Source: Porphyridium purpureum
Taxonomy: Eukaryota
Reading direction: 5' to 3'
DNA: 64,000 nucleotides
Assembly (NCBI GenBank): GCA_008690995.1
Contig: VRMN01000002.1
Location: 1,736,001-1,800,000 of the forward strand
In this document: positions 10,901 to 21,004 of the stretch, in pieces
How positions within the stretch are numbered: the stretch's first letter is position 1
How the letters are laid out: each line of letters opens with the position of its first letter
The notes under the pieces: model-generated
Told to the model about the DNA's origin: nothing
The model's input: only the letters and a program-made list of their open reading frames with translations
The model's database searches: none
Made by a program: the position numbers and the translations under genes

Positions 10901-11363
10901 ACTCGTCAGGATTTCAGCACCGTGTCAGCGTTCTCATCAGTCAACTGCGCCGAAAAGATGGAGCTAGCGTCCGCTATTCAAAACCTCAAAAAAGTTGAGC
11001 TGCGCCACGTTCCGGGAATTCCAGCTGAAAGTGTTCTAGGCCATGGCAGACTCGCGGTGTTGCGGCATGACTCCACGGCTTTGACCGAATTGCTCTCGGA
11101 AGGATTCGTTCGCTGCTCCAGAACTACATCCGCGTCGCTGGCCTCATCGCAGTCGGCATTGCACCTAGCGTCTGCGCGAATCTCGTGAATATACCGCTAT
11201 ACGATGTACATCGACACATGCACTTCAAAAAAATGCGCTCTCCCAGAGCGCGTCCTTCTTTTACAGCGACCGAGTTCTACTCGCGCGCAATCTTCTTCGC
11301 TACGGCATGGCTCATCGGCTCAGCGTAAGCACTATGGCTCCGAAAGAAAAAGCGCTTCGACAC

Positions 11364-12725
11364 CTATACGTGGTTCGGGTGAATTGCGCGCATATGCCGT
11401 TTCCAATTGCTCACGACAGAGAAGGTCGTGGCGCAAACGGTACACTTGAAATCGCGCCGCTTCTCGTGAACAATGCGTACATGTGTGTGTAAATGTGATC
11501 CTTGCTTAAACCTTTTCCCACAAGACTTGCAGGCAAAGTTCTGGATGTGGTTGTGAATGGTCTCAATATGGCGTCTAAGATCGCTTGCACGACTCAGCGC
11601 TTTTCCGCACGTTCCACACGCATGTGCAACCGACTTGAGACCAGCCTTAGGTCTAGACCCAGATTCGTCGGCGGATCCACCACCGGATTCGATGTCTGAA
11701 AACTTGCGCTTGTGATCTGCATTGTCCTTTTCCGATTTCGTACCGGTTTCCAATTTGATGGGTCGACTGTGCCACACGGACGACGCCGTGGTCAATCGAT
11801 CAAGAAACAGAAACTTGAGATGGCTCATGTTTGGGTAGAGGCTTCCGAAAGTGGCTTGTGTCTTCGAATTCAACAAGTCTAGCCTGAAGGCAAGCTGCCC
11901 ATTGCCAAAGAAAGCTCGGCACTGCATTTCTGAAACGTCCAAGGCCGAAGCTCCCAAAGCATCCCGCGTAAACACGGCGAAATCTTTCCAATCCAGAGCC
12001 TTCGCAAGCTCTCCATCCTCTCTGCGAGAGCAAGCCGGGCGCCAGCAGATACAGCGTCCCGGTCCACACTTTTGCGTGCACAGACCCGGGCGTTCAATCA
12101 CCGCGTAGCTAAGGAGAGTGGCGTCGTGCTCTATGCTCGCCGTGTGGAATGTTTCCAACTTCCATCTGTAGTTGTCCCACAGACGCGAGAGCGTAATATA
12201 CATCGAACCATCGGTACATGAGCCCACCGCGATGCATGCATATCCGTACCGGGTGCGGAACCCGGACAGGCGGTGACCAGGAAGCACAGACACACCCTTT
12301 GGCATCGGGTTCATGGAGGTGTTCAACATCATGATTGCATTGACGAAGCGACTGTCTCGCGTTGAATTATCTCTAGCCATCGGAATCATGGCACCAAAGG
12401 TTACTTCATTCAAGTGCCGCATATCGTAGTCCCAAATAATAGCCTTGTCGAGGTCATCTTGAGTCGGCAGAAAGGGCAAGCACTGAAACTCCTGGGGAGA
12501 AATCTGGTCATATGTACTATGTACGTCAATGTCCGAGGAGAGGGTACCGTCCGCAGAGTCGACCATGCTCACCGAGTCCGTACCAAGACCAGTTCCGTAG
12601 CTCACGTCCCTGGTTGCGTCATGAAGCGCGGATGAGCGCAACCAATCCACCAGCCACGCGCTCACGTGCGCCTCCTCGCGGAGGATGCGCAGCACTGCGC
12701 GAAAAATTGACATTGGAATTTCCAT
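11364..12725 (-). CDS. C2H2 zinc-finger protein (3 fingers) with an unrecognised N-terminal domain, copy 1
   Basis: Three CxxC-x12-HxxxxH fingers at the C-terminus, KRK basic patch, N-terminal region paralogous to copies 2-4. Confidence 0.9.
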   Translation of the reverse strand: MEIPMSIFRAVLRILREEAHVSAWLVDWLRSSALHDATRDVSYGTGLGTDSVSMVDSADGTLSSDIDVHSTYDQISPQEFQCLPFLPTQDDLDKAIIWDYDMRHLNEVTFGAMIPMARDNSTRDSRFVNAIMMLNTSMNPMPKGVSVLPGHRLSGFRTRYGYACIAVGSCTDGSMYITLSRLWDNYRWKLETFHTASIEHDATLLSYAVIERPGLCTQKCGPGRCICWRPACSRREDGELAKALDWKDFAVFTRDALGASALDVSEMQCRAFFGNGQLAFRLDLLNSKTQATFGSLYPNMSHLKFLFLDRLTTASSVWHSRPIKLETGTKSEKDNADHKRKFSDIESGGGSADESGSRPKAGLKSVAHACGTCGKALSRASDLRRHIETIHNHIQNFACKSCGKRFKQGSHLHTHVRIVHEKRRDFKCTVCATTFSVVSNWKRHMRAIHPNHV

Positions 12726-13861
12726 GCCCGACCGCTACCTTGTTCTACAGCGCCGACCTCGTAAGCAACCACCTTGTCGCACGGCCCGCGCCTCCTCTCA
12801 TGAGCGCGCGCCGTGTTACCGCGTTACCGCGCTGCCGCGAGCGCCGAATGTCCCACCAACACACCGCGCGCGGAGGGAGAGAGAAGTCACACGCCGCGCC
12901 GTTCCACCGCCACACTGCGCGTCCTACCGCGGCTACTGGCGTCACCGTGTCCCGTGTCTGCACGGCGCGCCGCGTCAGCGTGAATAGCCCACTCGCCCAC
13001 CTACCCCCCCTCCCTCCCTCTCCCCTTCCCCTCGATGCTTTCCCCACGCGGCTTTTCACAACTCCCGCACCGCCGAGCCACGCAACATACTTTTCTCCCC
13101 CTCCACCTGTATAAGCATCGCCACCATCATCCATCCTTACAAAAAGAGCAACGGCCTTAGTACTTCCCCACCCCTCCTCTCTCCCCCCCCACCCTGCGCA
13201 CCTCAAAACAACAAATTCATAATTCTGCACCCGCATCATCAAGAATCAGGCAGACCAGAAAGGACTCGAACAGTATTTGATGAGGACAAAGGGGGGGTAC
13301 ACGCTTTCATCCGAATTGGCGCGTGCAAGTAGGCAACTTTAGAAGACGAACGACCTGTTTTACTACAAACTTGTGCTTGAGGGAGCGGGCACTGAAAGAG
13401 GTTCAAGATGACAAACGAATACAGTGACCGCGACGTCTGGTTCCGCGTGCGCCATGTTGACGCACATGTGAACAAGTCAAGGCACGTGACAACATCCAGC
13501 GTCATGTCCGGCACCCTTGGATGTTGCGGCAGTTCCATGCAGTTCGGAACGTCCGCGCTCAGAGCGCGCGCGGGAAGACGACCCCCCAGTGCGGCATGCC
13601 AAAAGGCCCTCCGCGACCTCGTTGCATCGGACTCCCAAACTCGTGCGGGTGCGTCACCCTCCTCGTCTCGCACTCCGTGCTCGTGTCCCTGGACCTGCAC
13701 GCTTTCGGCCTATTTGTCGCGCGAAGTGCCATGACCTAGTGTCATGCGCCCAGACTCACGCAAATCGTCGCGGCACTCCTGCTCAACGCGCGGTGCCTGT
13801 TCTCCAGCGAGTCGTGCAGAGACCAACCGATTGAGCAAGAGCGCGCCGTGAGAACAGCACC

Positions 13862-15292
13862 TCACCCACGCGCCGCACATTCAGGTTTCGAGGGGACCAG
13901 AGGATCGCTCATATCGTGGACGGTGCGCATATGCCTTTTCCAATTGCTGACCACTGAAAACGTGGCGCCACAGACACTGCACGCAAAGTCGCGTCGCCCC
14001 TCGTGAATGACGCGCACGTGCGTCTGTAGATGAGAAAGCTGCTTGAAGATCCTGTGACATATCTCACACGAAAACGACTGCACGCCCAAGTGGATGGTTT
14101 TTCTGTGGCGGCTCAGGTCGCCTAGACGACAAAACGTCTTCCCGCACTCGTCGCAGATGAGCATCCTTGATTGCACGTCTTCGAGCCTCGGTCCCGCTCC
14201 AAGAAATTGTACGTCGTCGCGATCATGTTCTAGCTCCTCGACGCGACGTTTGCGAAACGGTGTACCTGGATTCGACCCAGAACCGCCGAGCAGTTCAATG
14301 GGAAGACTGTGCCGTACCGACGAAGCTGTCGTCAACCGATCGAGAAAAAGAAACTTAATATGGCTCATACTTGGGTACATAGCACCAGACGACACCCGAA
14401 AAAGTGACTGAACGATAAGTGAAAATGCTACTTGACCGTTTCCAAAGAATGCGCGGCAATGCATATCAGAGCCGTACAGCATTGGTGCCGCCAAGTGGTC
14501 TCTCGACGAGCCGGCAAAGTCGTTCCATGTGATTGGTTTCGCAAGCTCACTATCTGTCCTTCGGCTGGATGCAATTCGCCAGCAAACGCAGCTTTCGGGA
14601 CTGCAGTTCTGTGAGCAGAGCCCTGGACGGTCAATCACGGCGTAGCTGAATAGCACCGCGTCCTTCTCTATCCGCGGCGTGTGGAACGTCTCCAACTTCC
14701 ATTTGTAGTTGTCCCAGAGCCGCGATAGAGTGATGTAAATCGAGCCGTCAGTACAGGAGCCCACCGAAATATATGCCGTACCGTAGCGTGTTCGAAACCC
14801 TGAGACGCGGTGCCCGGGAAGAAGAGACACGCCCGGCGGCAACGGATTGATAGATGTATTCAGCATCTTGACAGCGTTCACAAATCGGCTTGGATTTGCA
14901 TCACGAAATACTGGAATGATGGCTCCAAATGTCATTTCGTTGAGATGTCGTAGATCAAAATCCCAAATAATGGCTTCATTGAGCTCGTGCTGCCTGGGCA
15001 AGTATGGTAAGCAGGCCTGTTCCTGGGGGGTCATGCGCCGATCGAACGCTTGTTGGACCTCAAAATCGGAAGAAAACACGCTTCCCGCGCTCGTGGAGGG
15101 GCTCACGCCAGCGGACGCGGCGGCTGATGGGGCTCCCGTCTCGACCTCCGTGATAATCGGCGTCGCCACCGGGAGCGCGCACGAATCTGACGCGTCGCAC
15201 AAGCGCAACCATTGCACGAGCCACGCGTTGAGTGTGTCCTCCTCGAGCAGAATCCGAAGCACAGAACGAAACGCGGCGGTGCCCGCGGTCAT
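13862..15292 (-). CDS. C2H2 zinc-finger protein (3 fingers) with an unrecognised N-terminal domain, copy 2
   Basis: Same architecture; shared blocks PGHRxSGFRTRYG, VGSCTDGS, WDNYxWKLETFHT, FLFLDRLTTASSV. Confidence 0.9.
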   Translation of the reverse strand: MTAGTAAFRSVLRILLEEDTLNAWLVQWLRLCDASDSCALPVATPIITEVETGAPSAAASAGVSPSTSAGSVFSSDFEVQQAFDRRMTPQEQACLPYLPRQHELNEAIIWDFDLRHLNEMTFGAIIPVFRDANPSRFVNAVKMLNTSINPLPPGVSLLPGHRVSGFRTRYGTAYISVGSCTDGSIYITLSRLWDNYKWKLETFHTPRIEKDAVLFSYAVIDRPGLCSQNCSPESCVCWRIASSRRTDSELAKPITWNDFAGSSRDHLAAPMLYGSDMHCRAFFGNGQVAFSLIVQSLFRVSSGAMYPSMSHIKFLFLDRLTTASSVRHSLPIELLGGSGSNPGTPFRKRRVEELEHDRDDVQFLGAGPRLEDVQSRMLICDECGKTFCRLGDLSRHRKTIHLGVQSFSCEICHRIFKQLSHLQTHVRVIHEGRRDFACSVCGATFSVVSNWKRHMRTVHDMSDPLVPSKPECAARG

Positions 15293-16704
15293 CCTCTACC
15301 ATGCCACGCCTCGAAAGCGCTGCGAGAAGTCTGCGGGCGTAGTCTCTGTGCGCGCTCGTTCCTTGCCCCAGGCTCGCGCCTGTCTCATCAGCAGCCGGCT
15401 TTCCCCTGCCTTGTCCGCGTTTTGCTGCGTACACGCGCGGGCTATATATCCGCAACCCGGGTGATTCGACACGCGTTCGCTCCGTGCTATTTCTGCGCCA
15501 GAGCAAGTCTGCGAAAGGCGGCCACACTCACAGATATCCGGTTGCTCAAGCGCGCTCGTGTGGTTTGCCATGGTGCATCGTGCTGCTTGCCGAGAGATGC
15601 TAACCGCATGAGACGCAAGAGCAGCGGAATGCGTGACATCACCGTCACCCATCCAAACAACTACCGTTGGTAGGAAGACGCTGGACAAACAACTCACAAA
15701 TAATAGAATTCCCACAATGGGATGGGGCGAGCGTTCTGTCAGTTTGGGCCCATCCACAAAAAAACCACCACAATTAAGAGCGTTCTTCGTAAAGCGAAAT
15801 TGATTTGCCTCATTAATTTGTGCTGTTTTAGTAGACGATGGCGGCGGGGAAGGACGGCGGAGGGGACACAGAGTGGCGGAGCATTTGTGGTGAATACAAG
15901 GCATTCTAACTTGTATGTGAACGACGCTGTGCTTCATCGAACTTTTTTTCGGGTTCGCGCACGGAATCTGCACCGCGGTTGTAACGCTGGCGGAGGCGGT
16001 ATTCCACGTGTCGCCGCGCCAGCACGACAACGCTGTGCCAACGAGCTTGACACGCAAGACGACTCACCCACCCGCCAATGTCGGAGAAGCGCACGTGACA
16101 AGAATCCTATATTCCGCCCCACAGCTGAAGCATTCTCGGAAGCCAGCAGCGCGATTCCTTACTCATTCCTCGTTTCACGCGTCGCAGCGTTCGGGTGCAC
16201 CGTGGCGTGTTGGAGAGCCGCCGCGTCCGCTCGTAGTTCCGCATGTGTCAGCGTGTTCCAGCCCACGATTCAGCAGGTTTGCTCGCCGAGCGCGAACACT
16301 CCGCGTCATGCGCTGATACTTTTCATTCGCGTCCAGCCGCTCCTCCGAATACCATTGCCGCTTCCTTTGGCCGCGCTTCTCATTCCTTACTCTTTACACA
16401 TATGGCGTACATGCCTTGGCCCATTACCCACAAGAGAAAATCTGGCTGACCATGAAGCTAATTTACGCTCGTGCCCGCGCACAGAACGCTCATGCGCGCT
16501 CTGGTGCGATAATTGGTGACGTGGACGACCAACGTCGCGGCACAAAACATGCCGCCACTCTCTCCTCGTCAGTGGTCTTCGTGCGGTGTGCCGGAGCGGA
16601 CGCAGTTGCGGGTGCGGCCTCGCGGCAGACGGCGCTAGCGGCCAGAGTGGTGCGCACTAAATACACGCCTGCTCTTTCGAAAAGGTATCGCCAAGTCTGA
16701 ATGT

Positions 16705-18009
16705 CTACTCATCCGGAGCCTCGGGATGCATATTGCGCAAATGCCGATTCAGGTTGCTAACCACCGAAAATGAAAGACCACAGGTTCTGCATTCAAAGTC
16801 ACGCCGCTTCTCATGGATAATGCGCTGATGCGTCTGCAAGTGAGACTTCTGCTTGAATGGGCGCTCACACACGTCGCAAACGAACTTGTGCTCGTTCTGG
16901 TGAATGGTCCTGAAATGCCGTTTAAGATCACTCCTGTGACGAAACGACTTTTCACACATTGCACACAGAAGCCCATCACGTTCAGAACTGAGTGGAGACA
17001 CGTCCAGATCTTCTGATTTGACCTCGGTCCATGCGCTCCGCTTCCGTTTCTTAGAGGCCGTGCTCGAATCGGATCCACTGGTACACTGAATCAGTCGACT
17101 GTGCCGCACAGAAGACGCTGTCGTCAGTCGATCGAAAAACAAGAATCTGATCTGTGGCATGTTCGGGTAGCTTGCTCCTCTAGAAACCTCAATTCTTGAG
17201 CGAATATCGACCTTGAACGCGAGCTGCCCATTCCCCCAGACCGACCGGCACCGCAAGATGGGGCTTTCAAGCCGGACTGCGCGCAACGACTCTTCCAAGA
17301 CTGGAGTAAATGATGCCCACAGAAAGGGTGCGGAGAGTTCAAATTCCGTTCGGCGACTGGAATCCGGCCGCCAGCATGAACAAATTACCTCACCGCAGTC
17401 ACGCGAACACATGCCAGCGCGTTCTATTACGGCAAAACTGAGGAGTTTTGCATTTGGCTCTATGCACGTAGTGTTGAAGGTCTCGACCTTCATCCTCGCG
17501 TTGTCCCATATTCGTACCAAGCTAATGTGCACCGAGCCGTCGCTGCACGAGCCTACGGAAATGTAGGCAAATCCGTAGCGAGTTCGGAACGCAGCCATTC
17601 GATGACCAGGAAAAAGGAACACTCCCTTTGCGAGAGGCATAAACGACGCGTTTGTCATCATGACGGCCCTGACGAAGCGACTGCGGTTCGCTTCACCGCA
17701 CATGGGAAGAATAACACCGCACGAGGACGAGTTGAGATGAGTCAAATCGCTATCCCAAACCACAGCGCTTCCTATGTCTTCCCAAAGCGGCAGGTATGGC
17801 AAGCACGCCAGCTCTTGCGGCGCCAGCCGCTCGCCAAAAGAGTCGTGGACATCAAAATCAGTCACCGCACTGGTCGCGTCGCCACTTTCGGGGGCGCCCG
17901 ACGCTGCGCCGACGCCAACATGGGGATGCAGCCATTGCACCAGCCACTCATTCAGTTCATCCTCTTCCAGCAGAATCCGAAGCACCGACCCAAACGTCGA
18001 TGTCGCCAT
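16705..18009 (-). CDS. C2H2 zinc-finger protein (3 fingers) with an unrecognised N-terminal domain, copy 3
   Basis: Same architecture, more diverged: PGHRMAAFRTRYG, VGSCSDGS, FLFFDRLTTASSV; KKRKR patch. Confidence 0.9.
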   Translation of the reverse strand: MATSTFGSVLRILLEEDELNEWLVQWLHPHVGVGAASGAPESGDATSAVTDFDVHDSFGERLAPQELACLPYLPLWEDIGSAVVWDSDLTHLNSSSCGVILPMCGEANRSRFVRAVMMTNASFMPLAKGVFLFPGHRMAAFRTRYGFAYISVGSCSDGSVHISLVRIWDNARMKVETFNTTCIEPNAKLLSFAVIERAGMCSRDCGEVICSCWRPDSSRRTEFELSAPFLWASFTPVLEESLRAVRLESPILRCRSVWGNGQLAFKVDIRSRIEVSRGASYPNMPQIRFLFFDRLTTASSVRHSRLIQCTSGSDSSTASKKRKRSAWTEVKSEDLDVSPLSSERDGLLCAMCEKSFRHRSDLKRHFRTIHQNEHKFVCDVCERPFKQKSHLQTHQRIIHEKRRDFECRTCGLSFSVVSNLNRHLRNMHPEAPDE

Positions 18010-18252
18010 GCCATCGTCAGCGAGAGGTGTCTTGCGCGACTCGAACCTGTCAGCTACTGTGGTGTCTCTTCTCGCAACTCAAAGCAAAACACAGAAAAGT
18101 TGTCCGAGTTGAGAACCCTTTTCACATAGTAGAATGCGGTCATCTGTGCAGGCACTTTTCTTGAACGTATTCGGTTTCCGTGATAATCAGTTCGAGCAGG
18201 TTCGTTTGGGGGAGTAAGCGTGCTTCGCAAGGCAACTTGTACTTTTCATCAT

Positions 18253-18941
18253 CTACTGACTCAGAGTGTCTGGATGGAAGGTCTGCACGTGCCGCCTCCA
18301 CTTGCTCACCGCCGGGAGCCTGTCTTGCCACACCTACTGTTTCCGAAGCCGCGCCGTTTCTCGTGGATAGCGCACGTGTGAGTCCCAACATGCAAGCTCT
18401 GCTTAAGTCGGCTCCCACACGCCTCGCACACATATTGTAGCACGTCCTCGTGAGTCGCCCTTGCGTGACGCGAGAGATCACCACGATAACTGAATTCTGT
18501 CCCGCATGTGTTGCTCTCATGACCGATGTGGCTTCCAGAGTCGCCAAGTTCAGACCTTTGAAGTTTCTTGGGGACATCGATGGCTGCTATGTCTACGCAT
18601 TCTTTGACTGGTATACTATCCCATTTACACGATGCCGCCGCTAGTCGATCAAAAAGCAAGAACCTGAGCTGAGGCATGATCGAATAATTAGCCTGCCCCC
18701 CGAATGCCTGAAGTTTCGATTGCAGATCCAACTTGTATGCGAGCTGTCCATGTCCTGGGAAGATCTGGCATTCCGTATCAACTATTTTCAGCGGCGCATC
18801 GGCGAGGGAATCCTCCAGAGCGTCAGAAAAATGCGACTGGACGGCAGTCGCCAGCAGCTGGATATTTCCGCACCGCGACCCTGCGTCCAGAGGCTCTATG
18901 ATGCAGTTGAAATACGAGATAGTCCACCAGCTCGCCGGCAA
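18253..18941 (-). pseudogene. decayed, 5'-truncated fourth copy of the C2H2 zinc-finger family
   Basis: GHGQLAYKLDL...MPQLRFLLFDRLAAAS matches the family; fingers 1 and 3 have lost the first Cys; a frameshift near 18310 puts the tail VSKWRRHVQTFHP (stop at 18253) in another frame. Confidence 0.8.
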
Positions 18942-19134
18942 GTCGCCAACAAGTCGCGTCTAAAGCGAATGGCTGCCCGCACCGACCTTCGCCCCGCTCT
19001 GCAAGGCGCAGAAGACCTCCCCTCCTACTGCGTGGTACAAAACGCAAAGTTTCTCGTCTGAGAATCGGTGGCCGTCGAAGGCTGACGCTTGAGGGATAGT
19101 GTTGGCGACGAGAGGATCGGACATTTGGCGCGGA

Positions 19135-20406
19135 ATGCGCGGGCAACTGTATTGCCGCACCGGTGCGGCTCAAGCGTCATTGCTGCGCGCGCGATGGAAC
19201 GGGTCCGCGGGGGTCGGCGTGGGGTGGAGTGTGCAGGTGAGTGGGACGCACCAAATGAACAGACGGCTCGTCCTGTCGCGCGGCCTTTGTGCGAAAGTGG
19301 AGAGCACGGAACAAGCGAAAGAGAAGAAGCCCAAAACATGGAGTTCGGACTGGGTGAAGCAAAAGGCTGCCAGGTTTATGGACAAGTTGCCACGAAATCG
19401 TGAGCTCAACGCGCAGATGATCCGACAGGCGCAGGCGGCAGAAAGGAAGCGGCTTGAGATTCAAGCGATGGTGCAGAGATCTAGCCCCAGATCATCGCGC
19501 ACGAAGCAACAAGAGTCTGCTGCACCGGGCGCGGAGATACGCGTGTTGAATATGATACCGTCGAACACAAAGCTCGAAATGAAGCTGCTGCACAAAAAGG
19601 ACCCTGAGTACTGGACAAGTGTGCGGCTCGCAAACCATTTTCACGCTCCGCTCGCGAATGTGAAGGGCATTCTTCTACTGGATAAGATCAAAGCGGATCT
19701 GGAAGAGATCGTGCCCAAAAAAGCTCACATATATGCTGCTGCACGTGCACAGGACCTTTGGGAAACCTTGCCCGCCCCGGGGCCCGAAATGGTTCCCATG
19801 AACCGCGAAGAGTTTAGCGAGCGATCTTCTGGACCAAACTTTGAGCTTTTTGACGATCAGGTCGGCGAAACCGTGGTGGAGGCACTGGAGCGGCGCGGCG
19901 TCAAGGGTACCGTAGTGGGTTTTTACAAGGAAGAGAAGGAAGGAAATCGCGAGAAGGATCGAGAAGATACAGGCGCAGCCACAGGAGCAGCAGCATCTGA
20001 CGGTAACAAGACGGCGGCAAACGTCGGGAAAGAGGACGCTGAGGCTGCGTTAGAGCAAGAACGGGTCGGGAAGCAGGAGAATCAAACACAAAATCCAGCA
20101 GCGTGGCTCGCCGAGGCCGAAGCTGAGGAAGACGAGTACTGGCGGAACCTCGAGTCGAAGAATCACTACAAACGTGAGCATCGCGAAAGGAGAGCGTTGA
20201 ACAAAAAGGTGCGTGGCAAGTACTTGCGCACGCGCTGGGTTTTCATCGACACGTCCAAGCTGCCGGAGGACGAGGAGCACAAGCGCCGTGTATTTGTGCG
20301 TGAGCCCACCGGCGTTCTACATGAAGCGACTGCACGCGAAAAGAAAAAGGCACAGGGCGCGCGTGGTGTTCCCATGAAGCGCCGAACAGCGCTGGACGTC
20401 TACTAG
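19135..20406 (+). CDS. mitochondrion-targeted protein, probable mitoribosomal small-subunit protein (mS45/GCD1-like)
   Basis: Arg-rich presequence; EMKLLHKKDPEYWTSVRLANHF...VKGILLL; C-terminal RWVFIDTS...VFVREPTGVLHEAT resembles mitoribosomal protein motifs. Confidence 0.5.
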   Translation: MRGQLYCRTGAAQASLLRARWNGSAGVGVGWSVQVSGTHQMNRRLVLSRGLCAKVESTEQAKEKKPKTWSSDWVKQKAARFMDKLPRNRELNAQMIRQAQAAERKRLEIQAMVQRSSPRSSRTKQQESAAPGAEIRVLNMIPSNTKLEMKLLHKKDPEYWTSVRLANHFHAPLANVKGILLLDKIKADLEEIVPKKAHIYAAARAQDLWETLPAPGPEMVPMNREEFSERSSGPNFELFDDQVGETVVEALERRGVKGTVVGFYKEEKEGNREKDREDTGAATGAAASDGNKTAANVGKEDAEAALEQERVGKQENQTQNPAAWLAEAEAEEDEYWRNLESKNHYKREHRERRALNKKVRGKYLRTRWVFIDTSKLPEDEEHKRRVFVREPTGVLHEATAREKKKAQGARGVPMKRRTALDVY

Positions 20407-20505
20407 CGCGTAATCATAGGCACTTGGCTTGTTCTTGTATGGCAACCCACGGACCGAGAGACAATGACTTATCTATGAAATGAAAAGATGCTTTGCTGCT
20501 CAACG

Positions 20506-20820
20506 CTATGGCTCCATTTCTTGGCGCGCTTTCATGACAAATTCCCGGAGTGTCTTAGAACACTCCTTGTAGTCCTCAAAAAGGTGCGCGCATGTTTCTG
20601 CCTTGGTCTTCGGATGCGCAATGCTGCACTGCTGGCTGCGCTCCGACTTTGCGCGGCACGGGTTATCGCGATGCACCGGCTTGATTCCGGACGACTCTGC
20701 GATCTTCTTCGCGGCCGCCTCGAACTCGTCGGGCGTTGGGTCTGGCGCAAGCGGGTACACAGATGGCCCCGTGCCTTGGGCCGGTGTTGGCACCATTTCA
20801 ACTTTCACCTGCGACGCCAT
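20506..20820 (-). CDS. twin CX9C (CHCH) protein, COX23/CHCHD7-like
   Basis: NPC-x9-C-x11-C-x9-C with the ending FEDYKEC; ATG at 20820. Confidence 0.75.
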   Translation of the reverse strand: MASQVKVEMVPTPAQGTGPSVYPLAPDPTPDEFEAAAKKIAESSGIKPVHRDNPCRAKSERSQQCSIAHPKTKAETCAHLFEDYKECSKTLREFVMKARQEMEP

Positions 20821-21004
20821 CGCAAGCACCCACTCTCTTTTAAACGCAGCTTCGCTTCGAGCTCTCCGGTGCGAAGCCTGGTTTCTCTGCCCTATCCTGC
20901 CGAGAAGAATGTCTGAAGCCGCACAATCGATTGCTGCCACCGCTCGTGGCGCGGCGCTTGATGAAGGATGTTTACTTTGGCAGCGGTACGCGCGCTCTTT
21001 CGTC

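Noticed and set aside
15296..16700. Long ORFs in the spacer between zinc-finger copies 2 and 3
   Set aside because: No recognisable motifs, overlapping on both strands, typical of GC-rich non-coding DNA.
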